A stretch of DNA of 64,000 nucleotides, from NCBI GenBank assembly GCA_028023455.1, contig JAQFVV010000005.1, positions 18,290,001 to 18,354,000 of the forward strand, written 5' to 3'. The first letter of the stretch is position 1. Every line of letters begins with the position of its first letter. Positions 39,942-51,267 of this stretch are shown here, in pieces. Made by a program: the position numbers and the translations under genes. This DNA comes from Epiperipatus broadwayi (lineage: Eukaryota > Animalia > Onychophora). The notes below the pieces were generated by a model. The model had not been told where the DNA came from. It made no database searches and saw only the letters and a list, made by a program, of their open reading frames with translations.

Positions 39942-40210
39942 AATATTTAAATATAATTATTAATAGTTGTTTATTTCAATCTTGTTTGATTGATTATTTA
40001 TTTATTTCTGTTTGTGACAACATTATGGACAAATAAATCATATTGGATATTTGACCATCATAGTGACTAATAACTTTGTTTAAAAAGAAAACAATTAACA
40101 TCATACCACATTACATCATGATATTTTAATGTAAATAAAATAATGAATCATTATTTTGAATCCATATATTTTTCATAGAAAAAGCAAAAAAAAAACTTTC
40201 TATGTAAGTA

Positions 40211-40300
40211 GTCAAGTGTTGGTGGCCGAGTGGTTAGCACAGTTGCCTTATAAGCAGTTGTCCCGGTGTTCGCTCCCGGCCAATGCTTTGACACATTAAA
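40211..40300 (+). mobile_element. tRNA-Gly-derived SINE, copy 6 (minimal, no internal duplication)
   Basis: 71-nt tRNA-like body 40216-40286, then TTTGACACATT and poly(A). TSD of about 20 bp AAAAACTTTCTATG(T/G)AAGTA at 40191 and 40302. Confidence 0.85.
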
Positions 40301-40779
40301 AAAAAACTTTCTATGGAAGTAAATAATATGTTTAAAAATGAATTAGTTTTAAATACTAATTAATTAGTAATTAATTATTAATTAGTTTTTATAAATGAAG
40401 TGAAAACATACTGAAAAGTGAAACTTCTTTCAGCTCCTTGAATAAACAAAAAGTTATTACTTAACTTTATTAATCAAAACCAGTGCCAAATTTGTCAACT
40501 GCTAACACTGAGAATAATCGAATAATTTAATTAATGCATAATTATTCTACTAGAGGACACTTTTGCAGACTTCAGATATGAACTATACCGCTCCCTTACT
40601 TGAGGCATAATTAATGACAGAACCAAAATTTATGTTAACAAATTTATGAAATAAAACAGAGAGAGACATTAGAAAAGTTATACAAATGTTTTATTAAATA
40701 TATATGTGAATTTAAGCTATCTATGGTTCATCTCCAGTCATTTTATTCTAAAATTAACATTTCTAATTAATTATTGTGC

Positions 40780-41102
40780 AACTATCTGATGACTGACGGT
40801 TACATACATACCATTCCTATATTTAAGTAAATGAATGGGTCTAATTAGAATGAATATTAGAGTTAGATGTTAGAATTAGTTGAGGCTCATGCTCCACTGT
40901 TTATGCTAGTGGGCCGGAGTGTAGAAAAGATTTATTGCTTACCTCGAAAATGTTGTTAATTAGTTGGCAGATTTAGAGAGTGGGTGAACAGGGCAGAATC
41001 CATAAGTATTCCTTATCTTTGATCTCGCGTACGGTTGGATTCAAGGTACTTTTACCCAGGCTGTGAATCGTGTTGAGTTAACATACAATTTCGACCGGTA
41101 CA
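40780..41102 (+). mobile_element. Possible LTR remnant related to the 58430 LTR
   Basis: CpG-retaining segment ending ATTTCGACCGGTACA, the same ACCGGTACA terminus as the 58430/63633 LTR read on the minus strand. Left end not defined. Confidence 0.4.
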
Positions 41103-41354
41103 ATAGTAATAGCAACAATTCATAAAAACATTAAAATTGTAAATATATTATCTAAATAAAAAATTTTCTTTATTGTCATACTGAATTGTTTGGTATTTTC
41201 CTTTCTTTTTCTAGTTACAAATGCCGTTCATATGTGTCACTTTTATGGTTTAATGATTGTACAAAATTCAAATAATAAGTTAATGATTTATTTTAAAAGA
41301 TAGAATAACAAGTTAATGAAAAGGCTAAACTCTTCATATAGTCGCACCTCTGAG

Positions 41355-41620
41355 TGAAAGCCAGAGTAATCAATAAATGCAAGGTTTATACATAATTCTT
41401 GTCTAGTGCCTAATCATTCATTACCTTCCTAGCTTTGGTTTTTATCAGTTAAAAGCGTTATATCTGAGAGCATTGCCCCTAGAACCAATCCAATGCAACC
41501 CACCTGCAGCACTTTTTACATTATTAGCTAACTGTAAAGCTTTTAATCCAAAATGAAAACACAATAATGTTTTCAATTCAAGCTCATTAGATTTTCATGG
41601 TCATAGAGATCTGAACTCTG
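41355..41620. mobile_element. Older, diverged family P4 copy
   Basis: GCCAGAGTAATCAAT...CTAGTGCCTA...TCTGAGAGCA...ATGCAACCC...GAAAACACA...AAGCTCA is co-linear with 49500-49775. Confidence 0.6.
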
Positions 41621-42840
41621 TTCAGCAGCAATAAATTTTACTGCCTTTGGTAATTTAATAACCAATGTAACCATAATCCTGATTGAAACAGATTAGTGTT
41701 AAAATACTAAACAACACATGGTCTCCTTTTATATGATTACACAAGTTTTCCTATACTGTAAACTCTTCATACAGTAGCACAATTCATTGCAAGCTAAAAT
41801 AATGTATGGTTGCAAGAAGTTTTATACATGAAATCTCTATTTATACCTACTCATTTAATATTCCCAGACTAGTTTCTATACTAATTCAGATCTATACAAC
41901 TATGCATGCTTTTTTTTTTATTTTATAAAAAAAAACAGTATTTAGGCTTTTATAACACATCATTTTATATTGTAAGTCACAAAAGACAAATGTCGGCTGC
42001 CCACTTTTTATTTGCTATTCATAATCAATCTTCATACCTCAAAGACATCACACTCTTTGACACGTTTCGACAATATTCTGAGCCTTCTAGACATACATAT
42101 ACATAGTAGTAAAACGATTTATAAAAAAACATAGAAATCGTAAATAAAATATCTAAATGAAATGTTTTTCTTATTGTCATATTCTATTGTTTGGCATTCT
42201 TTTTTGTTTTCTAGTTAAAAAACCTATTTCTAAATTTCTTTTAACGTAATATCTCAAACTATGGAACATGTGTAAGTTCCTAACTGTGATTGCTTTTGTT
42301 GTATTCTTGATATTGTATCAAGTTCTGTGAATAAAAGTTCTTAAAATGAAAACACCATCCTATGTGTCATTTTTAGGTTTTAATGATTGTAAAAGTTAAG
42401 AATAGCAATTTGATGACTTTTGTTAAAAGTTCTAATAAAAAATTAATGATTTGAAATAATAAATTTTTAAAATAAACTTATTCAGAAAGTTAAGCTGAAC
42501 AGAATGCTCTATGAATACTATAAACAGATTTTAAGAGATAATTTAATAATTAAAGTATATAATAAGACAAAGTAAATTTAAATTACGTTATATAGAAATG
42601 TTCTTTTTCGTTCGCAAAAGTTATTTTTACTTGCGTTTATATTGTTAATAATAATAAGCAAGAATAAAAAAATAACCTGTCAACATCTAGTTACTAAAAC
42701 GTTTTTTTCGATTATATACTAAATCTTTCCGATTTTTTTTTTATATGTATTAATAATATATTGGCTACTGCTGCTTCTTTCGTTTATATTTTATTTTTCA
42801 TAATAATAATGATTATAATAATGACAAAAAAAAAAAAAAA

Positions 42841-43115
42841 AGAGTCGTGAGTACCCGTGACTAACCAAGTAATTTCAACTCAGGTCTATTCGCAGATCAT
42901 TCTTACACGATCTTCTCGACACACCATGCATTTTTCTTGTGCTACTTGCTTTCCGTCTATCACTGCAAGTTCAACCCGTTAAAACACGAGTAATATGGTG
43001 AGGCGGCAAGATTGTAAGTTGTCTGGTCAATACAGACTAGTCCTCTAACTCTGCCCAAATAACAACTCATAGCTTCCGCGTAGCTGGATTTCAGGTGCAA
43101 GCCACTACACCTAGC
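42841..43115 (-). ncRNA. SRP (7SL)-like RNA gene, about 275 nt, divergent S domain
   Basis: The 5' sequence GCTAGGTGTAGTGGCTTGCACCTGAAATCCAGCTACGCGGAAGCTATGAG aligns with the 7SL Alu domain; helices 3 and 4 pair and the GTGGC/GCTAC loop-loop complementarity is kept. Long helix-5 pairings: GAGTTGT/ACGACTC, GTCTGT/ATAGAC, CTTACA/TGTAAG, ATCTT/AAGAT, CACCAT/ATGGTG. It ends in a 16-T Pol III terminator (A-run 42826-42841 on +). Confidence 0.8.
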
Positions 43116-43720
43116 TCTTTGAAGAAGTTGAAATAATATATTTATCTTTATTTTTATAATAATAATTTTAATTGCTGAATTATAAAGATGAATTTTAATT
43201 ATGCAGAAACTTAAATAGTGACAAATGTGGTTATTAATATTTTTATAAACACTTTTTTTGTCTTCGTTTGATTTTGAATGGTTTCTAGCGCTAAATGATT
43301 AACGTGTGTTCAATACTTTTCCAAGAAATTTGTACTTTTAAGTCTATTTAAAAATTGCTTTAGAATTTGTGTAACTTTTTAATACAAAAATATATAAAAA
43401 ACACTTAAATTACAAATGAGATTTGCGGGTACTGGTAGAGGTACACATGTAGCAATAAAAGTAAATATGATATTCAATCAAAATCGCAAAAATAATGAAT
43501 GAATTTTGGTTTCATTTTTAAAAAACAATGAATTTTATTCAAGTTCCGATTTCACCGATACCGATTTTTTTATTCTTGAAATAGATTTTAATGTTATATT
43601 TTAATTCGGTAAGTCTGCTCTAAACTATTTTATCGGAAAAGAGTATCTAGGCACTGATGAATCATCATCACAGTTTACAAAAACAAAAGACGAATGGCCG
43701 CAGCACACTATTTAAAGGGT

Positions 43721-43868
43721 ATTGTGGAAATGGGATGGAGCAGAATAAGGGAAAACTTAGAGCGGGGAATGGAAAATTAAGTGGCTAACAGGCTTATCTG
43801 GGCACAATTGCTTAGATATTCTTGACTTCGTTTAAGGAGAAGCCACAATACATCACATCACATCACAT
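43721..43868 (+). mobile_element. Family L-A LINE 3' end fragment
   Basis: Matches the reverse complement of 27250-27400; ends CTTCGTTTAAGGAGAAGCCAC-(CATCA)n. Confidence 0.75.
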
Positions 43869-44617
43869 GCATCTTGAAACTTATTCAGAGATCAAACAGT
43901 TATGGATGATATAAATTATTCATTCCTGTCTGAAGTATTTGCATCTAATTAGATCTAATATTAGTTAAATAAACGTTAATGAAAATTATAGCCAGAAGCT
44001 ACTTTTTCTCCTTATTAAAAATTTATAAATAACAAAACCAACTTGTATATATAATCAAAACATCTTATAATTATTCTTCTTCTTAAAAGTGTGTGAGGTA
44101 ATAGCGCTTTATTTGTTTTTTTAAAAATAAATCTTTGCAGGCAACTGCTTGCATTACAAGTTTTGTGAACAGGTGTTTATTTTTATACTGTACTTCTTCA
44201 AAGACCTTTTCTGTAAAAATATACATTTTCGAAGAGAAAACGTTATTTTAAAAAAAAAAAACTCCTACAGAGTCACTGTGTTATAATTTATTAATATAAT
44301 ATTCATTAGGATGCATGTCAAATACATTTTTTATTTCAAACAGTAAGATTTTATTATATTTATTTAAAAAGCATACTTGATGTGTCTGTGTGAACATATA
44401 TTCGTAAAAACTACAAAACGCTTTTTAAATAAATAACCCATGGCAGGGTGAAGGTTTTTTTGAAACAGCCCTTCATAGATGAACAGTAAGGCGAAGACAG
44501 TACTCACTGGCTTGCCAATTTGCCAGGTAGGAATGATTCGAACACCTTTCCATCCTTGTTTTTCCATCTGGTTAAAGATAGCTAGATATTTATTTACTGG
44601 CTAATATTTAATGGTTA

Positions 44618-45050
44618 GTTGAAAAGGAAGGTTTTTAACAAATGTGTTTTACTAATTCTTACTTATGGATCTGAGCAATACAGAGACTTCAGACCACTCA
44701 AAGAAGTATGGAGAGATGTATATTGGGAGTAACAAGAAGAGATCGAAAACGCAATGTATGGGTATGAGAACAAACAGGTGTTACTGATCTCATTGAAAAA
44801 ATTAAAAGTTTGAAATGGAGTTGGGTTGGACATATTGCTAGAAGAGATGATAATAGATGGACAATTGAAATTTTAAACTGGATTCCAAGAGATTGTAAAA
44901 GACCAACAAAGAGACCACATGTGATATGGATGGATGAAATAAGAAAGTGTGCAGGGGGTGATGTGGAGAAGAGAAGCTAAAGATCGGAGATGGATTAAAC
45001 TTGGAGACCTTCATCCTGCAGTGGATTGATAATGGTTGATGATGATGATG
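44618..45050 (+). mobile_element. RTE-clade LINE 3' fragment, copy 2
   Basis: Co-linear with 11000-11457, with a 22-bp internal deletion; (GAT)n tail. Confidence 0.9.
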
Positions 45051-45439
45051 GTGCTCACTAACAGTAAATTACTAAGCATCTTGAACAAAATTTCACTTGG
45101 TTTGAAGTTTAACCTCAAAGTCATATCTATCTATCTACATGTAGGCAAATGGTAAAATAATCTTTGAAAATTTCACTGCAGAAACAGTGATGAGGAAAAT
45201 AATACTCACTAAAAGAAGAGTTTGAAAAATTTCTGAACAATGAGGGTTTTAGTATCTTCCTCTTTTCTTCTCAAAATAATATTATCTAGATAAATTGGCT
45301 GGTTAGCAGGGTTAAATATGGGCTAGTAGATATCTGTATAATAAAGATTATGCTTATTCAGAACCTATTTGAAAGTTTATCCAGTCCAAGTTCAATTTTC
45401 AGAGTTGTTGACAAGACAATTGAATGTGTTAACCACTAC

Positions 45440-45541
45440 ATCAGGAGGTTCTTCCAGTATATATATATATATATATATTGCAATCCAAATATCAGGAGGT
45501 TCTTCCAGTATATATATATATATATATATTGCAATCCAAAT
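45440..45541. repeat. 51-bp perfect tandem duplication containing (TA)n
   Basis: ATCAGGAGGTTCTTCCAG(TA)nTTGCAATCCAAAT x2. Confidence 0.9.
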
Positions 45542-46064
45542 AAGGTGTGTAGGCATGATCTTAATTAGATTGTAAGTGATAGCAATGACTGACAATAGAC
45601 TGAAATTTAATGTGCTTAGAAGATTAAACAAACTTCATTATAATACGATAAACTAAGTAGGATTTCACTTACTATCTAAAATGGAGTGTTGGCTTGATAA
45701 AAGACTGCTGATATTCTTTTGATTTAATTAAACATTGTGACTGTGGTATAATTATTTACATATGATAATCAATTAGCTATTAACACTTGTAGTTTAATAT
45801 ATATTTAAATTTCACAAATGTGTATTTTCTCATGTTTACAAACACATAGTTTAAGATACTTGCTATCCCAAGATATTTTGGACAATAATAGTATTTGATA
45901 TATGTATATTGTACTGCTAGAATATATATATATATATGTTGTCAGGCACACATATATAGCTCATATTGCATATGTTATTTAAAAATAAATGATCAGATTT
46001 AGTAAAAAAGAAATAAAATCAAATAAATGAGAATAGTCCAAAAGTAATAATCAATTAAATGCAG

Positions 46065-46163
46065 TTTTCTTTCATATGTCATACATTGGCCAGGACGCGA
46101 ACCCACACATGTCTGCAACCAACTACTTGCTTGGAAGGTGAGTGTGATGACCTCTCGGCTAAT
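46065..46163 (-). mobile_element. tRNA-Gly-derived SINE, copy 7 (retains the TCC anticodon)
   Basis: Minus strand TAGCCGAGAGGTCA...CCTTCCAAGCAAGTAGTTGG...GGGTTCGCGTCCTGGCCAATG; anticodon loop CTTCCAA at 46131-46137. Confidence 0.8.
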
Positions 46164-48383
46164 AAACCAAAAAAAATAAGGAAAAGACTGCTTTATATAT
46201 ATATTTTTTAAGAGAATGGGGTGGGGGAGAATCTCAAATAGAATTAGAAAAAGATTAAAAAAACTCTCCCCCTCTCTCTCTCTCTTTGTAAAGAAAAATC
46301 CTTTTATAAAGAATAAAGTCAATACGAAATCAGACTAAAAATTAGTCTGTAAAAATAAATGTTAGTAAAACTTTCAAAATGTAATTACTTTAATGATTAC
46401 TTGGCTGATAAAAGAAAATTATAACTCACAATTGAAAGATTAGATTAAAATGAAATATAATAATTAATTAAGAAAATGTAAAAATTAATTAGAAAATAGA
46501 TTTAAGTGTGATAAACATTAAAAACTGTGGAAAACAAAAAAAAAAGTATATAAAGAGCAATGTTGCTATTGTTTTCAGTCAGGTTGTGATATACAGTCAT
46601 ATCTGCAATCAGTAAATCAGTCTAGTCTGCATTTTGTGATTGAATTTGTGCTCTTACATTATTTGGTGCTCCAGAGATCCAGATATAAACTGAAAATGCA
46701 GTAGTAAACTGATCAATTACTGCTGCAGTCGACATCAATCCAAAAGCTGCAGATCGAGCAACATGTGTTTCTGGACAGCCAAATGATGTTCAACTAAGCT
46801 TCAGGGCTCAAAATCCATCAGCAAAAAGAAAATCAACTGAAACCTCATGTGAACCAATGTCTGGATTATAAATAGATGCAGCCACAAACTCTCTCCCCCA
46901 TTGTCAACACAAAGAATGAAAAAACAAGCCCCGGAACAACGATGGAGAAACAAAAGGTCAACTGGTTGGAAAATAAAACAAATGAAACCCTAGGTAAAGA
47001 TACTTTTAAATATATTCTGACCACAGTCTAGACTCTTTATTTTAAATGAATGAACTTTAATTAACAGACTATTATAACTATAGCCTAAAGTAAACATTTT
47101 AATTTTTTTTATATAAAATTTATTATTTTATATTATATTAAATATATGTGTGCATAAATAAATATTAATGTTTGCTTAAATATTGTTTTGATTATTTTCT
47201 CTCTTTCTCGTGTCACTGCATCACCAGTAAATTAGTGTAATTGTATGTGTTAAGTAAATGTGCTGGACCCTGAGACAGAGTGGAAGCTAGTCATGGGATA
47301 TGTCAAGTGCTAGATTGTGTGCCTGTTGTCTGAACATGCTGAATATAACCTATGATTGGATGGCACCTGCAGTTGATCCTCAAAACAAATAAAATGCTTT
47401 GGATGACAAGGGTTTAAATACAGCAGATGAGATGGGTCACAGTCTGTAAATGTGATTGTGTTATGCTTTGCATAGCTTTATCTGATCATGGGTATCATAG
47501 ATGGCTCTGCTATCAAGGGCATTCTCCCCTCTGCTTGAAGGGCTGGTTCATTCCCATGTTTTTTTTAAATTATTATAGAAGGGATTTAAACCCAATTAAA
47601 TAATTATCTTCATGAACCCAGTTCAATATATATATAAATTGGAGTGATTATATTAGCCATGCCAACATTATATTATAGTATTTTCAAAAATATAATGTGA
47701 GATATTCATTTGTTCACTTTTCCCTTTCATTAAAAATAAAATACATTTAATTTATTGCCAATATAATCCCAAAAGATTAAAAAACACAGTTAAAGTGTTG
47801 ATATGTAAATCAACTGAAAAATATTGTAATAAGATAGATTTTTTTTTATTTTTCTCTTCCCCATTCTTCTCCAAAGCAGGAAAAGGAAATCAAACTGAAT
47901 TACCTATTGAATAATCCTTTTGATTCATAAGAAGTGAAAACTATTGTTTTTCATTATTCACTTAAAGTAATGCAAAGATTCATTGTATTAAGATTTATAT
48001 GGAAAATGAAGTATTAAGTTAAAGAAAATACCTCATTTCCAACCTTAATGCAATTGTCTAATCTACATTCCTTCTCAACTAGTCTTAAAACTACTATTAG
48101 TAAATGGAACTCCATAAAAGAATAGTTAAAAAAGAAATAAGGATATGAACACTTTATATAATTATTTTTAATATTTTACTTAATGATTGTGAAGAAATAA
48201 AAAAAATATTGAAGAGTAAAAAAGTTTTCCAGATAGTGGTAAGACATTTTTAAAGCCAAAATTCTTCATGCTTTGATATTGTTTTATTATTTATGAATAT
48301 TCAAGATAAGTGAAGGAAAAAGATATTTATGAACTTTTAACTTTTTTGTATTTTGCTTTTTCTGGAAGATTTCTTTGTCTCAC

Positions 48384-48782
48384 ATGTCAACATAAAATAT
48401 ATGATAAAATGATTAATACTTATCAGAAAGTAACAAATTTAACATCATTTGATATTCTTGTTTACTACTGAAATAAATTTTAACTGTCCACATTTTGTTT
48501 CTGTAAATATTAAAAAAATGAGAATGTAATCAAAACAAAGACTTTATATGTCATCGTTTCTAGAAAAATTATTTTCAGTTTATGTCAACATAAAATATAT
48601 GATAAAATGATTATTACTCATCAGAAAATAACAAATTTAACTTGCTTTGATAGATATTCTTGTTTACTAGTGAAATAAAATTTAAATGTTCACATTTTGT
48701 TTCTGTTAATATTTAAAAAATGAGACTGTAATCAAAACAAAAATGTTAGACGTCATCGTTTCTAGAAAGATTTTCAGTTTAT
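48384..48782. repeat. 198-bp tandem duplication, 2 diverged copies
   Basis: ATGTCAACATAAAATATATGATAAAATGATTA starts at 48384 and 48582. Confidence 0.85.
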
Positions 48783-49466
48783 AAAATCAATGAAATATTT
48801 CGTGTTTCTCATTATTTTAAGAATGTGAATGAATATTTATTTATTTCTCTTATATCTAACGAATTATGCTTTAAAAATTAAAAATTTTTGAATATTTCTT
48901 GCAAAATTACAATATTTTCTTGATATTTTCTTACTTGTAAATAAAGTAGCTTGCTGACATCAAAGTAGTTTTATAATTTGCTTCAGGTCATATTTACATT
49001 AACTGCTAATATAACATTATATTTTTGAAAATTAAAGTATTTCAAGTCAAAATAAGTTATTAATATTTTTTATTTCTTGAAATCTAATAAATATAGTGCA
49101 AATTATTTTTAAAAAATATCTAAAACCATAATAAATTCACAAATAAACATGTTTTTGCATCATTGAAAACTTCAATGTCATAAAACACCAAATTTTTTAC
49201 AGCCTTGGCAACAGACAATGGCTGAATATGTCAGGAAGGGGCTTATGTCTATTGTTAGAGTGGGAATTTTGAATTTTGTGCTTTTTTTGCACAATTTTCA
49301 GCAAAAAAATTATTTTAATAAAATATACTGTTTTACATGCATTTTAACGTATATTACTTATGAACAAATTCACCAGGAGGAGAATTGGCCAAAAGACATT
49401 TCTAAGCTGTCCCAAAATTTGAAAAGGTTAAAGAAAGATTAAAGAATGAAAACTATTTTCAAACTT

Positions 49467-49926
49467 AAACAGAGCAAAACTCTCCATACAGTATTGTCAC
49501 CTGTTCTAAACAGAGTAATCAATGTATGCCAGAAGGCTTGTGCATAAAATCCCTATCTAATGCCTACTCATCCAATATCCCCAGACTAGTTTCTGGCTTG
49601 TGGCCTTCTTCAGTGAGGAGCTTTGGATCTGAGAGCACTGCATCTAGATCTTAGGATCTAATGCAACCCTCTAGCAACAACCTTTTATCTCTACTTAACT
49701 ACAAAACCATGAGAATGAAATTGAAAACACAAAAAATATTTTCAATCTAAGCTCAATAGCTTATATAGTCATATAGGCATTAGATAGGGATTTTATGCAC
49801 AAGCCTTCTGGCATACATTGATTACTCTGTTTAGCACAGGTGGCAATACTGTATGGAGAGTTTTGCTCTGTTTATCAACAATTAATGTGCTAGTATAGGA
49901 AATGTGATCATGTGATGCTTAATGGT
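49467..49926. mobile_element. Fold-back insertion, hammerhead-bearing family P4
   Basis: Inverted arms about 49467-49567 / 49772-49873 and an unpaired 3' extension 49874-49926. 13-bp TSD TATTTTCAAACTT at 49454 and 49927. Confidence 0.85.
49577..49619 (-). ncRNA. Minimal type I hammerhead ribozyme motif (best-preserved P4 copy)
   Basis: TCCTCA-CTGAAGA-A-GGC CACAA GCC-A-GAA-ACTAGT-C-TGGGGA: canonical core, GUC cleavage triplet, palindromic stem III and a 6-bp stem I. Confidence 0.75.
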
Positions 49927-50591
49927 TATTTTCAAACTTGTTAAAAATGATATTTTCTTATGCATAAAAGAATAGAAATATAATATTGGAACTTGAATTC
50001 TTTGGTGTATAAACTGTATCATATTCTATAACATAAAATATTTAAAATTATTTCTGCAAAAGCTATCTAGAAATAAATAAAGATAATTTTTGTGTATGCA
50101 AAACGTTATAATGTAAAATTGAAAAGAAAGCATTCAAATTTTTATTACAATCTTTGAAGTGAAAACTACTCAAGAAAGGAAATTCTCAAAGATTCTAATA
50201 ACATTATTTTACTTGTTAATTGATTTTTTATTTTATTTTTCTCATTAATAAAGTTTTTATTTACAAATGTATTGATTATTTCACACATTCACTACAATAA
50301 TAATGGAATAAAAATATTTTATTTCATGAAAAATATACAAACTGTGTACAGCTTATATATAATACTTGCTAATACAATAAAAAAAAATACTACACACACA
50401 ACCTGCAAAATACCCCCTCACAGCTCTGAAAAATGCTCTCCTATATATTATAACTGAAGTGTAGGATAACCAAGTAAATGAATATTTATAGAAAGTATGA
50501 GCTCTAGAAAATAATTACTAGTTTTATGTTATTTATGTTGTACTTTACTTCTGCTGCCAAAAACAGTTACTGTTGCAATATATATATATAT

Positions 50592-51180
50592 ATAATTGAA
50601 TATTTATAAATACAGTAATCAGATATATTTTAAAATTTTTATCCACTTAGTAGTGCTTTTGACTATCCTTGTAGTCTTTGTCAACTAATACTTTGAAAGG
50701 CTAACCTTCCCACAATTCCATGATCTTAATGTTTACTTCCTGCCTGTTAATTAAGTCATGTTTATATTTGTATATTAACATAGTTTCTTTTATTTTTCTT
50801 TTGTTATTTTTTTCAATTTGCAATATTTTGACATTGTTGTAATTGAAGTTAAAACCATAAATACATGAATAATAAGGTCATGAACAACAATGTTAAAATA
50901 TTGCAAATTGAAAAAATAACAACAACAAAAATAAAAGGTATGCTAATATACAAATACAAACATGACTTATTTAACAGGCAGGCAGCAAACATTAAGATTA
51001 TGGAATTGTGGGATGATTAGCCTTTCAAAGTGTTAATTGACAAAGACCACAAAGATAGTTGAAAGCGCTACTAAGTGGATAAAAATTTTAAAATATATCT
51101 AATTACTATATTTATAAATATTCAATTATTTAATTACATGTATTGCTTTGAAGAAATATAGACACTGAATTATAATTTTA

Positions 51181-51185
<5 letters not shown>
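50592..51185. mobile_element. Fold-back insertion, family P6, between (TA)n tracts
   Basis: Arms about 50592-50840 / 50882-51129, each with a hammerhead-like motif. Flanked by (TA)n at 50578-50592 and 51186-51262. Confidence 0.8.
51033..51074 (+). ncRNA. Minimal hammerhead motif, U3-A8 variant; mirror copy 50647-50688 (-)
   Basis: Two-arm consensus TTAG-TTGACAA-A-GACTA CAAGGA TAGTC-GAA-AGCGCT-A-CTAA. Each arm alone carries different disruptive changes. Confidence 0.6.

Positions 51186-51262
<77 letters not shown>
51186..51262. repeat. (TA)n microsatellite
   Basis: Direct reading. Confidence 0.95.

Positions 51263-51267
<5 letters not shown>

Larger units (their letters stand above)
38160..40003. 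mobile_element. 1.84-kb near-perfect palindrome made of two tail-out copies of a PLE 3' fragment
   Basis: Arms 38160-39121 / 39126-40003 with a 4-nt loop GGCA. Each arm has a GIY-YIG remnant and a hammerhead motif. No TSD recognised. Confidence 0.9.

Noticed and set aside
46580-46990. More GC-balanced stretch with a partly open frame (SITAAVDINPKAADR...)
   Set aside because: Interrupted by stops, with no recognisable domain or boundaries.
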